Shown: piece after piece, positions 27,228 to 37,096 of the stretch
Position numbering within the stretch: the stretch's first letter is position 1
Layout of the letters: every line of letters starts with the position of its first letter
From: an uncultured Hyphomicrobium sp.
GTDB lineage: Bacteria; Pseudomonadota; Alphaproteobacteria; Rhizobiales; Hyphomicrobiaceae
Direction: 5' to 3'
Assembly (NCBI GenBank): GCA_964651805.1
Contig: CAZYXX010000002.1
Span: forward strand, 281,516 to 345,515
DNA length: 64,000 nucleotides
Made by a program: the position numbers and the translations under genes
Notes under the pieces: generated by a model
Told to the model about the DNA's origin: nothing
The model's input: the letters and a program-made list of their open reading frames with translations, nothing else
Database searches by the model: none

Positions 27228-30077
27228 TTACTCTGCGGCCTTGACATAGCTTTCCAGCGGCGGGCAGGCACAAACGAGATTGCGGTCTCCGTAGGCATTG
27301 TCAACGCGATTGACCGGAGGCCAATACTTGTCGACACGGAACGTGCCGGTGGGGAAACATGCTTCCTCACGCGAATAGGGACGGTCCCAATCGCTCATTA
27401 GATCTTCGACGGTATGGGGAGCGTTCTTAAGCGCGTTATTCTTGGGATCGACGCGCTGCTCCTCGATCGCTCGCGCTTCTTCGCGAATGGCGAGCATGGC
27501 ATCGCAGAAACGATCGAGCTCCGCCTTCGTTTCTGATTCGGTCGGCTCAACCATCAGTGTGCCGGCTACCGGCCAGCTCATCGTTGGCGGATGGAAGCCG
27601 CAGTCGATCAGACGCTTGGCGATGTCTTCAACGGTGACACCGGCTTTCTCGGCGAGCGGTCGCGTGTCGATGATGCACTCATGCGCGACGCGACCATTGC
27701 GGCCGGTGTAGAGCACGTTGTAGGCGCCCTCGAGCCGCTTGGCGATGTAGTTGGCGTTGAGGATCGCGATGCGCGTCGCCTGCGTCAGGCCGCGCCCGCC
27801 CATCAAAAGAATGTAACTCCATGAGATCGGCAGGATCGAGGCTGAGCCGTAGGGCGCGGCCGAAACCGTCAGCCCGTCGCCACCGATTTCAGGGTGCGAA
27901 GGGAGAAACGGTATGAGGTGCGCTTTCACGCCGATCGGTCCCATACCGGGGCCGCCGCCGCCGTGCGGGATGCAGAACGTCTTGTGCAAATTGAGATGGC
28001 TGACGTCGGAGCCGATCTCGCCGGGCTTTGCCAGACCGACGAGCGCGTTGAGGTTGGCGCCGTCCATGTAAACCTGTCCGCCGTGAGCGTGGGTGGTCTG
28101 GCAGATTTCTCTAACAGTCTCTTCGAATACGCCGTGCGTCGATGGATATGTGATCATGCAAGCGGCCAGCGTTTTGGAGTGCGCCTCGGCTTTCGCGTGG
28201 AAGTCGGCGACATCGATGTTACCGTTCGCATCTGTCGCGACGACGACGACGTCCATTCCGCACATCTGGGCGGACGCGGGGTTGGTGCCGTGTGCGGATG
28301 AAGGAATGAGACAGACGTTGCGCTCGAAGTCGCCGCGGCTGTGGTGGTAGGCGCGAATTGCGAGTAGCCCCGCGAACTCTCCCTGGGCGCCGGAATTTGG
28401 TTGCATTGAGATCGCGTCATAACCGGTGATCGCGCAGAGCTTCTGCGAAAGATCGTCGATCAGTTCCTTGTATCCGAGTGCTTGGTCCCGCGGCACGAAG
28501 GGATGCAGTTCGGAGAACTCCGGCCAGGATATGGGGAGCATCTCGACCGTCGCATTGAGTTTCATTGTGCACGAGCCGAGCGGAATCATCGAACGGTCGA
28601 GCGCCAGGTCACGATCGGCGAGACGGCGCATATAGCGCGTCATCTCGCTTTCCGCGCGGTTCATATGGAAAATCGGATGGGTAAGGAATTCCGACGTCCT
28701 GATCAGGTTTGGCGGCAGGTGCGAGCCTGGATACTCTTCCTTGTATCTCAGGTCGAAGGCGCCGAATGCGCGCCAGACGGCCTCAAGTGTGTCAGGTCTG
28801 GTTCGCTCGTCGACGGTGATGCCGATGCAATCCGTCCCGACCTTCCTCAAGTTTACGCCGTTGTCGACGGCGTTCTTCATGATGAGGCCCTGGTAGGCAC
28901 CGACTTCGACAGTGATGGTGTCGAAGAACGTCTCGGGACGAATCTTGAAGCCGAGTCCGCCTAAGCCTTCGGCCAACCGGCAGGCGTCGCGGTGCACGCG
29001 GCGCGCGATGGCCTGCAGACCGACGGGACCATGGTAGACCGCGTACATCGACGCAATCACCGCCAGGAGCACCTGAGAGGTACAGATGTTCGACGTCGCC
29101 TTCTCGCGACGGATGTGCTGCTCGCGCGTCTGTAACGCCAGGCGATAGGCGCGATTGCCGCGTGAATCGACCGAAACACCGACGATGCGTCCTGGAAGCG
29201 AGCGTTTGTATGCGTCGCGCGTCGCCATGTAGGCGGCATGCGGGCCTCCGTATCCCATGGGCACGCCGTAGCGCTGCATTGATCCGACGGCGATGTCCGC
29301 ACCCATTTCACCGGGCGGTTTAAGGAGCGTCAGCGCCAATGGGTCGGCGGCCATTACGGCGATAGCATTCGCTTCATGAAGCTTGTCGATGAGCGGCGTG
29401 AAATCGTGGAAGGCGCCGCAGACACCTGGATACTGAAAGATCGCGCCGAACACTTCGGAAGGATCAAGATCGACGAACGGATCGCCGATCTTGATTTCCC
29501 AGCCGAAGGGCTCGGCCCGGGTCTTCAGCACGGCGATCATCTGCGGCAGGCATTCGCTATCGACAAAGAATACATTTTTTGTCGATTTCGCGGTTCGCTT
29601 GGCCATGCCCATCGCTTCTGCGGCGGCGGTTGCCTCATCCAGCAGCGAGGCGTTTGCGATGTCGAGGCCGGTCAGGTCGGCGACGAGGGTCTGGAAATTC
29701 AGAAGCGCTTCGAGCCGCCCCTGACTGATCTCAGGCTGATAGGGAGAGTAGGCCGTGTACCAGGCGGGGTTCTCGAAGATGTTGCGCTGGATTGCCGGCG
29801 GCATCGTAGTGCCATGGTAGCCTTGGCCGATAAGCGAGGTCAGAACGCGGTTCTTGTTCGCGACTTCGCGCATTTTGTCGAGCACACGACGCTCGGTCAG
29901 CGACTTGCCGAAATCGATGCGATCTTTCTGGCGAATGTCGTGGGGTACGGTTTCGTCGATTAGCGCCTGGAGGTCGGATGCGCCGACGACCTCCAGCATT
30001 TCCTTTATCTCTTTCGCCGATGGTCCGATGTGACGGCGGTTTGCGAAATCGTAGGGGTCGTACTTTTCGTGGCTCAT
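27228..30077 (-). CDS. gcvP: Glycine dehydrogenase (decarboxylating), P protein
   Basis: [16 protein letters not shown]; [10 protein letters not shown]; [18 protein letters not shown]. Confidence 0.98.
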   Translation of the reverse strand: MSHEKYDPYDFANRRHIGPSAKEIKEMLEVVGASDLQALIDETVPHDIRQKDRIDFGKSLTERRVLDKMREVANKNRVLTSLIGQGYHGTTMPPAIQRNIFENPAWYTAYSPYQPEISQGRLEALLNFQTLVADLTGLDIANASLLDEATAAAEAMGMAKRTAKSTKNVFFVDSECLPQMIAVLKTRAEPFGWEIKIGDPFVDLDPSEVFGAIFQYPGVCGAFHDFTPLIDKLHEANAIAVMAADPLALTLLKPPGEMGADIAVGSMQRYGVPMGYGGPHAAYMATRDAYKRSLPGRIVGVSVDSRGNRAYRLALQTREQHIRREKATSNICTSQVLLAVIASMYAVYHGPVGLQAIARRVHRDACRLAEGLGGLGFKIRPETFFDTITVEVGAYQGLIMKNAVDNGVNLRKVGTDCIGITVDERTRPDTLEAVWRAFGAFDLRYKEEYPGSHLPPNLIRTSEFLTHPIFHMNRAESEMTRYMRRLADRDLALDRSMIPLGSCTMKLNATVEMLPISWPEFSELHPFVPRDQALGYKELIDDLSQKLCAITGYDAISMQPNSGAQGEFAGLLAIRAYHHSRGDFERNVCLIPSSAHGTNPASAQMCGMDVVVVATDANGNIDVADFHAKAEAHSKTLAACMITYPSTHGVFEETVREICQTTHAHGGQVYMDGANLNALVGLAKPGEIGSDVSHLNLHKTFCIPHGGGGPGMGPIGVKAHLIPFLPSHPEIGGDGLTVSAAPYGSASILPISWSYILLMGGRGLTQATRIAILNANYIAKRLEGAYNVLYTGRNGRVAHECIIDTRPLAEKAGVTVEDIAKRLIDCGFHPPTMSWPVAGTLMVEPTESETKAELDRFCDAMLAIREEARAIEEQRVDPKNNALKNAPHTVEDLMSDWDRPYSREEACFPTGTFRVDKYWPPVNRVDNAYGDRNLVCACPPLESYVKAAE

Positions 30078-30089
30078 TGCAGCGATCCC

Positions 30090-30452
30090 TCAGCCAATCA
30101 GCGTCTTGTAGGCGTCCTCGTCCATGAGGCTGTCGAGGTCAGCGGTGCTGGCGAGCTTCATTTTGTAGAGCCAGCCTGCGCCCAGTGGGTCGGACGAGAT
30201 GACCGTGGGGTCGTCGACGACCGACTGGTTGACCTCGGTCACTTTACCGGCGAGTGGCGCGTAGACGTCGGATGCGGCTTTGACGGATTCGACGACTGCG
30301 GCCGGCGCCCCTTTCGCGACGGTCGCGCCGACCTTAGGGAGTTCGACGAAGACGAGATCGCCAAGTTGCGTCGTTGCGTGGGCGGTGATGCCAACGGTTG
30401 CGATGTCGCCGTCGACCTTCAACCACTCGTGTTCTTCTGTGAACTTCAGCAT
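30090..30452 (-). CDS. gcvH: Glycine cleavage H protein
   Basis: [11 protein letters not shown]...[13 protein letters not shown] (lipoyl Lys). Confidence 0.97.
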   Translation of the reverse strand: MLKFTEEHEWLKVDGDIATVGITAHATTQLGDLVFVELPKVGATVAKGAPAAVVESVKAASDVYAPLAGKVTEVNQSVVDDPTVISSDPLGAGWLYKMKLASTADLDSLMDEDAYKTLIG

Positions 30453-30477
30453 GAAAATCTCCTTTCCAAATTCCGTG

Positions 30478-31635
30478 TCACTGGCGCTTGTAGCGATGGG
30501 GGACAAAAGGCAGCGATACGACGCTGACAGGCAGTCGATTGCCGCGAACTTCCGCGAATACAATCGTTCCGGGAGCCGTACGGGCTGCTGGCAGGTAGCC
30601 GACGGCGATGGGTGCATTTACGCTCGGGCCGAAGCCACCGGACGTGACTGCGCCGATCGGCTCGGTCGTAGTTTCATCGGCGAATAAAGGCGTTTCGGCA
30701 CGCACGGGTGTTCGCGTTTGGGGTGCCAATCCGACAAGGCGGCGTGCTGTACCGCGCGCGAACTGCTGATCGATGGCGCTTGCGCCAGGATAGCCGCCGG
30801 CTCGGACGCCTCCGACACGACGCGATTTTGCGATCGCCCAACCGAGCGAGGCTTCGAGGGGGGTCGTCGTAGGATCGATGTCGGCGCCGTGAAGGGGCAG
30901 ACCGGCTTCGAGACGCAGTGAATCTCTTGCGCCAAGTCCAATCGGTTGCACGACGGGATTTTTCAGAAGTTCGGTTGCGATTTCTTCTGCGCTCTCTATG
31001 GGGAGAGATATTTCGAAGCCGTCCTCACCGGTATATCCGGATCGTGAGACGATGCAGGAAGCGCCCAGGATTGCACAGTCACGCACATCCATGAATCGCA
31101 TCGCCGCCGTTTTTGGGGCGAGAGTGCCGAGTACGAGGCCAGCTTCCGGTCCCTGTAGCGCAATCAGGGCACGGTTCAACTTCTCGATTTCGCAATGCTC
31201 CGCCAGTGCTGCTCGGAGGTGCGCTTCGTCCGCGTCCTTGCATGCGGCGTTGACAATGAGCAGTAGATGATCGTCGCGGGCTGCGATCATCAAATCGTCA
31301 AGGATGCCGCCCGCGTCTTCGGTGAACAATCCGTAGCGCTGGCGGCCGCATGCCAGCGAAAGAATGTCGGCCGGGACCAGGCTCTCGAGCGCAGTGGCCG
31401 CATCAGCGAGTCGGCCGGATTTGGCGCGTAGCGCAATTTGGCCCATGTGGGATACGTCGAAAAGGCCGGCGGAGGCGCGGGTGTGCAGGTGCTCCTTCAG
31501 TACGCCCAGCGGATACTGCACCGGCATTTCGTATCCGGCGAATGGCACCATGCGGGCGCCGAGCCGGATATGAAGCGCGTGAAGCGGCGTTTTCTGGAGG
31601 TTGATCGGCGACGAAGTGTTTGCTGCTTCAGACAT
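30478..31635 (-). CDS. gcvT: Glycine cleavage aminomethyltransferase
   Basis: [43 protein letters not shown]. Confidence 0.97.
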   Translation of the reverse strand: MSEAANTSSPINLQKTPLHALHIRLGARMVPFAGYEMPVQYPLGVLKEHLHTRASAGLFDVSHMGQIALRAKSGRLADAATALESLVPADILSLACGRQRYGLFTEDAGGILDDLMIAARDDHLLLIVNAACKDADEAHLRAALAEHCEIEKLNRALIALQGPEAGLVLGTLAPKTAAMRFMDVRDCAILGASCIVSRSGYTGEDGFEISLPIESAEEIATELLKNPVVQPIGLGARDSLRLEAGLPLHGADIDPTTTPLEASLGWAIAKSRRVGGVRAGGYPGASAIDQQFARGTARRLVGLAPQTRTPVRAETPLFADETTTEPIGAVTSGGFGPSVNAPIAVGYLPAARTAPGTIVFAEVRGNRLPVSVVSLPFVPHRYKRQ

Positions 31636-31676
31636 GCGAAAGCTCCCTTCGGACGCAAAACGCGCCGTGGTGAGCC

Positions 31677-31871
31677 CCCTCTGTCGCGTAACCTGAAAGA
31701 TTATGTGCAGTAGCGGCGCCAATTGCCGTTACGAGCACGTTACCTCGTCGGTGGGCCAAAGAGACGCGGCCGCTTTCCAGAGTGTAGTTTGTCGTGCGGT
31801 CCTTCGAGCCTGAGAGTTTCCGGGGCGGTTGCTCCTTCGGCGCCGGGCAAGCCCGGTCTCTTCCGCGCGAC
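31677..31871 (-). ncRNA. Tandem glycine riboswitch
   Basis: Minus strand: GGAAGAGAC...CCGAAGGAGCAA...CUCUCAGGC (aptamer 1), then CUCUGGAAAG...CCGACGAGGUAA...CUUUCAGGU...GACAGAG (aptamer 2); directly upstream of gcvT. Confidence 0.92.
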
Positions 31872-31969
31872 AATCGTGACGTGCGCGAAAATGGGCGGTC
31901 GCGCGCCATCGGTCAACTCTACTTAGGTGGCCGTGCTTTCAGGCCGCAGACCTCGACGAAAAACGAGCG

Positions 31970-32344
31970 CTATCTACGCCAACCGTCAATCAGCTTGGAG
32001 ATGTCGGAAAAAACAAAAGGTTTGCCGAGGTGCGGCGCGCCGGCGTGGCGCGGGTCGATCGAATTAGGCCCATGTCCGGTGGCGAAGGCATAGGGGGTGC
32101 CTAAGTCCTTGAGGCGATCGGCTATGGGGTAGCTCGTTTGTCCGCCGGCCAGGGTAACGTCGAGAATTGCCCCCTGAAGGCTGTCTTTTCCGAGGTTGGC
32201 GATCAAATCCAAGGCGTCGGACACAGTCGCGCACGGACCCGCCACCATGCAGTTCAACTCATCCAAATAGTCCTGTAGCATAAGCGCGATCAGCGCTTCA
32301 TCGTCGACGATCAGGATGCGCGGCTTCAAGTGCAAATCTGCCAC
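31970..32344 (-). CDS. Single-domain response regulator, FATGUY (SdrG/MrrA-like) type
   Basis: ILIVDDE...AILDV...PYAFATGHG...KPF. Confidence 0.85.
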   Translation of the reverse strand: MADLHLKPRILIVDDEALIALMLQDYLDELNCMVAGPCATVSDALDLIANLGKDSLQGAILDVTLAGGQTSYPIADRLKDLGTPYAFATGHGPNSIDPRHAGAPHLGKPFVFSDISKLIDGWRR

Positions 32345-32453
32345 GGTGGTCCTCGCCGAGCTCGGTTATTCAGTAAAGCCGAAACAACCTAGCCGCCGCT
32401 CCCGGCAAATCAAGTAAGAACGCGCGTGAGAGGCAGTTCAGAGCAGGTTTTAG

Positions 32454-34337
32454 ATGCCACTTCGCGCTGTTTCGAAAGACTATCGCAAGCTCATCGCGGC
32501 CGCCGCGGGCGTCGGGTTTTTGTTCCTGACGGGTGCGGCGGCGATCCTAATGCTGCTGACCAGCCGAACAGCGAATAACTGGGTCGAGCACACTCAGAAC
32601 GTCATACTCGAAGCGACGCGTCTTGCGAGCCGCGTGGTCGACGCAGAATCATATCAGCGAAGCTATCTGATCACGGTCGATCCCACCTATCGGGAACTCT
32701 ACGTTCATTCACTCGGGGTTATCGAGTCGAAGTTCGAACTCCTGAAGGGGATGACGGTCGACAACGAGCGTCAGGTCGCAAAGCTTCAAGAGATTCGTAA
32801 AATACTCAAAAAACGGCTGGAGTTTCTGGCGCGGGGTGTTGCGCGCGCCGAGGAAGGAAAGAGGGACGAAGCGCTAAAGCTCGTCAAGGAAGGTGTCGGC
32901 AGGCAGCTTATGGCCGACCTCCGCAATCGTACCGAGGAATTCATATCAATCGAACGGGCGCTTCTTAAAGCGCGTCAGAACTATGCTGACCGTCTCGGCC
33001 AATGGCTGCTAGTTCTTATTGTCACGAGCCTCATTACAGCTGCGCTGACCTCGCTCTATTTGCTTCGCTCGATGCGCGGGTCACTTGACGATCTGTCGAA
33101 GCAAAAACAAAAACTCGAAGAGGAAATCGAGTTACGGCAACGGACCGAGGCGACGCTACGGCAGTCTCAAAAGATGGAGGCCGTCGGCCAGCTGACGGGC
33201 GGTATCGCGCACGACTTCAACAACCTTCTGACCGTCATTCTGGGAAATCTCGATACCCTCAGACGCCGCTTGGCCAAGTTGGACTTGCCTGACGCGGACA
33301 AACTGGTTCGGCCACTGGAAATGGCGCAGCATGCCGGTGGGAGTGCAGCGAAGTTGACACACCGGCTGCTCGCATTTTCCAGACAACAAGCGCTCGAACC
33401 CGTCGCAACAAACATCAATTCGCTCGTTGCGGGAATGTCGGATCTGCTACGCAGATCGGTCGGAGAGGAACACAAGATCGAGGTCGTGCTATCTGCCGGG
33501 CTGTGGACCGTGCACGTGGATCGCAACCAGCTTGAAAACGTCTTGCTCAATCTCGTCGTTAATTCTCGCGATGCCATGCCCGATGGCGGCAACATCACTA
33601 TAGAGACGGCGAACGCCTATCTCGATGAGGACTACGTTTCCAGATTCGGGGATATCGAAGCTGGACAATATGTGCTGTTGAGCGTCACGGATGCCGGCAT
33701 GGGTATCGCACCTGAACTCATCGATCGCATCTTTGAACCGTTTTTCACGACGAAAGGCGATGGGCGCGGTACGGGCCTGGGCCTCGCCATGGTCCACGGC
33801 TTCGTGAAGCAATCGGGCGGCCACGTGCGCGTGTACAGCGAAAACAATATCGGTGCGACGATCAAGATCTATCTGCCGCGCGTGCACGAGGAGGTGGTCG
33901 ACACAACCGGGCGATCCGCACGCTCGCACGAACGATCGATGCCTCGTGCGCTCGACGGAGAGACGATTCTCGTTGTTGAAGACAACGAAAGTGTGCGTGG
34001 ATTCGTGAGGGAAGCGCTGTCAGGGCTAGGTTACAAGGTCATCGAGGCGGAAAACGGTGACCACGCGCTCAAAATCATGGCGACAAGACCGCAGGTCGAT
34101 TTGGTCTTTACCGATGTGGTCATGCCTGGCGCAGTGAACGGGCGGAAGCTTGCCGATATGTTGAAAGTGGCTCATCCGAAACTCCCGGTTCTCTTCACCA
34201 CGGGTTTCACCCGAAATGCGATCGTTCACAACGGTCAGCTCGACCACGATGTTCAGCTGTTACACAAGCCATATGCGCAACATCAGCTCGCCTCTAAAGT
34301 TCGTTCCATGCTCGATCGTGCCAGGGCAAAGCCGTAG
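32454..34337 (+). CDS. CHASE3-sensor hybrid histidine kinase
   Basis: [10 protein letters not shown]...[10 protein letters not shown]; [10 protein letters not shown]; [11 protein letters not shown]; C-terminal receiver FTDVVMPG. Confidence 0.93.
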   Translation: MPLRAVSKDYRKLIAAAAGVGFLFLTGAAAILMLLTSRTANNWVEHTQNVILEATRLASRVVDAESYQRSYLITVDPTYRELYVHSLGVIESKFELLKGMTVDNERQVAKLQEIRKILKKRLEFLARGVARAEEGKRDEALKLVKEGVGRQLMADLRNRTEEFISIERALLKARQNYADRLGQWLLVLIVTSLITAALTSLYLLRSMRGSLDDLSKQKQKLEEEIELRQRTEATLRQSQKMEAVGQLTGGIAHDFNNLLTVILGNLDTLRRRLAKLDLPDADKLVRPLEMAQHAGGSAAKLTHRLLAFSRQQALEPVATNINSLVAGMSDLLRRSVGEEHKIEVVLSAGLWTVHVDRNQLENVLLNLVVNSRDAMPDGGNITIETANAYLDEDYVSRFGDIEAGQYVLLSVTDAGMGIAPELIDRIFEPFFTTKGDGRGTGLGLAMVHGFVKQSGGHVRVYSENNIGATIKIYLPRVHEEVVDTTGRSARSHERSMPRALDGETILVVEDNESVRGFVREALSGLGYKVIEAENGDHALKIMATRPQVDLVFTDVVMPGAVNGRKLADMLKVAHPKLPVLFTTGFTRNAIVHNGQLDHDVQLLHKPYAQHQLASKVRSMLDRARAKP

Positions 34338-34368
34338 ATATTTTTCTGTAGCCATGCGGCGAGCGCGC

Positions 34369-34455
34369 TTACAATAGGCGCTGCCTTATAAACAAGTAGG
34401 CGGTTGCGGCGAGCGGAAGCAGGTTTAGCGCCAGTATGAAAAGCCGAAACAACAT
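34369..34455 (-). CDS. Putative 28-aa single-TM peptide (MLFRLFILALNLLPLAATAYLFIRQRLL)
   Basis: Hydrophobic helix with basic tail about 20 nt downstream of an exact EcfG promoter; no clear SD. Confidence 0.4.
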   Translation of the reverse strand: MLFRLFILALNLLPLAATAYLFIRQRLL

Positions 34456-34481
34456 GTCTATCGATTGCGAGCGTTCGATCG

Positions 34482-34506
34482 AACGCCGGTATCTAGCGGC
34501 GGTTCC
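34482..34506 (-). promoter_or_regulatory. EcfG (sigmaT/RpoE2) promoter
   Basis: Minus strand GGAAC-N16-CGTT. Confidence 0.7.
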
Positions 34507-34601
34507 TGTCTGCCGATCTGGCGGCGTTGCGAGTGCCAATCTAAAGAAACAGCTCTGGGGCCGCCGGAGCTGACTTCTGAACAAGCGTGGGCGCGAGATT
34601 T

Positions 34602-34736
34602 TCAGTTGTTCTGGTTTGCGTGAGAAACGTCGCTAGCACCGAGTTTCATCGGATAATCATTGTAGGCCGGCGTTTCTCGGCGGCAACCTGTGACAAAGAT
34701 TGCCGTGATAACGATCGCGATAGGAATAATCTTCAT
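34602..34736 (-). CDS. Small lipoprotein, 44 aa (not in ORF track)
   Basis: Hand translation MKIIPIAIVITAIFVTGCRRETPAYNDYPMKLGASDVSHANQNN; AAGGAG RBS; VTG-C lipobox. Confidence 0.75.
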   Translation of the reverse strand: MKIIPIAIVITAIFVTGCRRETPAYNDYPMKLGASDVSHANQNN

Positions 34737-35119
34737 GTTCCGCTCCTTTGTTGCCCCAGAATGGAACACAGATCGTGTCGTGTCTCGCGTGTTTGGCGTG
34801 TCTCGCCGTGTCCAGGACGCTTCACGAACTTTGATCGCGACGGCATGACGAGATCCGCCATACCAGTGAAATCAAATTCACGACGCCAAGTGCTGTCGCG
34901 CCATTTGCTGAAACGGAAATCGGACGCGAAGGTGCGATATTCGCTCAAGCGGCGCTGTTGCCGGTGTTCAAACGGCATGAGGTTGTGTCTCCCTTAGTGA
35001 AGCTCGAAAGGCCCAACGCGGCAGGCAGCTTCATGTTCCGTCTCTCTCATCGAGCTAAGGGACGGGCTGAACCCAATGTTCAGCCTGTCGAGAGGACGAG
35101 CTTTTGTTGTGCTCGGCAC

Positions 35120-35144
35120 GGAACCGTGACTGCACATGTGAGTT
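35120..35144 (+). promoter_or_regulatory. Near-consensus EcfG promoter
   Basis: GGAAC-N16-AGTT (one mismatch; GTT core retained). Confidence 0.5.
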
Positions 35145-35150
35145 CAATCG

Positions 35151-35294
35151 GAACAGCCCACGCGCTCAAGTTCGCGTGAGGCGTGATCGAGATGAGCTGA
35201 TCCATCCCCCTGGGGACCGGCTTATTTCGGATAAAACTGCCCGGACAACGCTCCCCTCCCCCTCCCGCACTGTTGTCCGGGCAGTTATTTTTTT
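35151..35294 (+). ncRNA. Candidate EcfG-dependent sRNA with C-rich loop
   Basis: Lies between an EcfG-like promoter and a 15-bp stem plus T7 terminator; loop contains TCCCCTCCCCCTCCC; no convincing plus-strand ORF; 5' end is estimated. Confidence 0.55.
35235..35294 (+). terminator. Intrinsic terminator (possibly bidirectional)
   Basis: AACTGCCCGGACAAC (35235-35249) / GTTGTCCGGGCAGTT (35272-35286) followed by ATTTTTTT. Confidence 0.85.
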
Positions 35295-35319
35295 GGACGT
35301 TAGGTGTGGTTTGGGAGCG

Positions 35320-36891
35320 TTAGGCAATGCGGGATTTGTCGATTCGGATTGAGGCCTTCAATCCGTCTTGTGCCCAGTCGTATTCAACATTGGAGCCGAG
35401 TTGGGCGGCACAAAGGGAGCCGATCAGTTTCGATCCGAAGCCCATGTTCTCGGGAGCAGCGGCTATTGCAGGACCGTTGCGCTCGTTCCACTCGAAAAGC
35501 ACTTCAGCTTCGGTCACGGTCAATCGCATATCAACGGAGCCGTCCGGCGTCGAAAGCGCGCCGTATTTTACGGCATTGGTAGCAAGTTCATGGACGGTAA
35601 GCGCTAGTGCAGTGCCCGCCAGTGAGCGGATCGTCAATTCGTCGCCACGGACTGTTATGCTGTTGTCACCGGTCAGCGATTTGTATGGCTCGACCAGAAC
35701 GCGCAACAGTTCCAGCATCGAAATGCGGTCGTCGCCCTGGTACATCAAATCGAATTGCCGGGCATCCACGAAGTCGTATACCCGCGACAGGGCCGTGAAT
35801 CGGCTGCGCAGCTCTTCGGCGTAATCCTTGATTTGCGAGGCCCGGCCGCGCGAACTCAATGAAATGAGGCTCGCGACCACCGCGAAGATATTCTTTATGC
35901 GGTGCTTGAGTTCCTTGGAGATGACATCACGCTGCTCTTCCGACACCTTGAGAGTATGAATATCCGTTGATGTTCCGAACCAGCGCTCGATTTCGCCATT
36001 TGCGCCACGAAGGGGTAATCCGCGCGCGAGCATCCATCTGAAGGAACCGGTGCGATCCTTGAGCCGATATTCTGTTTCGTAGCGTTCGCCGGTTTTCAAA
36101 GCCTTCGTCCAGGCGGCGGTCGTGTGCGCGATATCACTTGGGTGGAGAAGCTCAAGCCATTTGTCGTCCTTGCTTGAGGCCCAATCTGCTCCCGTGAATT
36201 CGTACCAGCGGTGATTGAAGAAGTCGGCCTCGCCGTCTGGAAGCGTGGACCAGACTTTCTGCGGGATCACGTTCAACACATCTCGCCAGCGCTTCTCCTT
36301 ACGCCGTGATTCGATCATAAAGTTCGCGACGGCGGCAAATTCCAGCAGTGTGCGTATGTCCGCATCCGTCCATTGCCGAGGAACCGCGTCGATGGCGCAT
36401 AAAGCGCCGAGCACATTTCCGTTTGATGAGGAGATTGGAACGCCTAGATAGGCGCGAACAGACAAGTCGCTTATTGCGAGATTGTTTGCCAGAAAATCAA
36501 TCTTCGTCGAATCGTTGACGATAAAGGGCTCGTTCGTGCCGACGACATACTGGCAAAATGAATGCGAGAGCGGTGTGCCTCGACTGGATGCCCAAGGCTC
36601 ATCTAGGCCGCAGGCGCTTTTGAAAAACTGCTTGTCCTCGGCCACAAGTGAAATCAGCGCGACGGGCGTCTTCAGGGTGCGGCAGACGAGCCGCGTTATG
36701 CTGTCGAACTCCGGCTCTGAGGGGGAGCCGAGTAGCTCGGTCGACGCAAGCGCGGCCAAACGCTCTGCATCCTGCAATTCACGCGTCGGATCCTGATGGA
36801 TCGAGTTCTCTTGTTGTTTCAGTTCAGGCCTCGCCCTGGAAGGTCCATCGCTCGTCGGCTCTCGCCCGGCAATTGAAACCATCCTCACCAC
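35320..36891 (-). CDS. GAF-PAS HWE-family histidine kinase
   Basis: GAF (RAYLGVPI..LGALCAID), PAS (FFNHRWYEFTG), ELKHRIKN, HELATNAVKYGAL, FEWNE. Confidence 0.93.
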   Translation of the reverse strand: MVRMVSIAGREPTSDGPSRARPELKQQENSIHQDPTRELQDAERLAALASTELLGSPSEPEFDSITRLVCRTLKTPVALISLVAEDKQFFKSACGLDEPWASSRGTPLSHSFCQYVVGTNEPFIVNDSTKIDFLANNLAISDLSVRAYLGVPISSSNGNVLGALCAIDAVPRQWTDADIRTLLEFAAVANFMIESRRKEKRWRDVLNVIPQKVWSTLPDGEADFFNHRWYEFTGADWASSKDDKWLELLHPSDIAHTTAAWTKALKTGERYETEYRLKDRTGSFRWMLARGLPLRGANGEIERWFGTSTDIHTLKVSEEQRDVISKELKHRIKNIFAVVASLISLSSRGRASQIKDYAEELRSRFTALSRVYDFVDARQFDLMYQGDDRISMLELLRVLVEPYKSLTGDNSITVRGDELTIRSLAGTALALTVHELATNAVKYGALSTPDGSVDMRLTVTEAEVLFEWNERNGPAIAAAPENMGFGSKLIGSLCAAQLGSNVEYDWAQDGLKASIRIDKSRIA

Positions 36892-37096
36892 CTAGCTCTC
36901 TTGTTTCCGTCCTAGCGGAAATTCGCTTTTGCCATCTAGGAGCTGTTTTTGGCTCCCGCAACCCAATTATTCTCACTAAGCGAGCTGAAAGAATTGAAGG
37001 AGTTGTGCGCTCAGGTATGTCAAAGTTGATAGACTGGAGATATTGTTCCGCGCCCTGCGTGTCGACCGATTTTCGGGTAACACTGCAGCAGGCCGT

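Noticed and set aside
34733-34978. 81-aa ORF whose stop overlaps the lipoprotein start (ATGA)
   Set aside because: No RBS, no family features, and it runs through the CGTGT repeat array; probably incidental
35150-35172. Second GGAAC...AGTT pair next to the sRNA promoter
   Set aside because: Spacer is 14 nt, too short for EcfG
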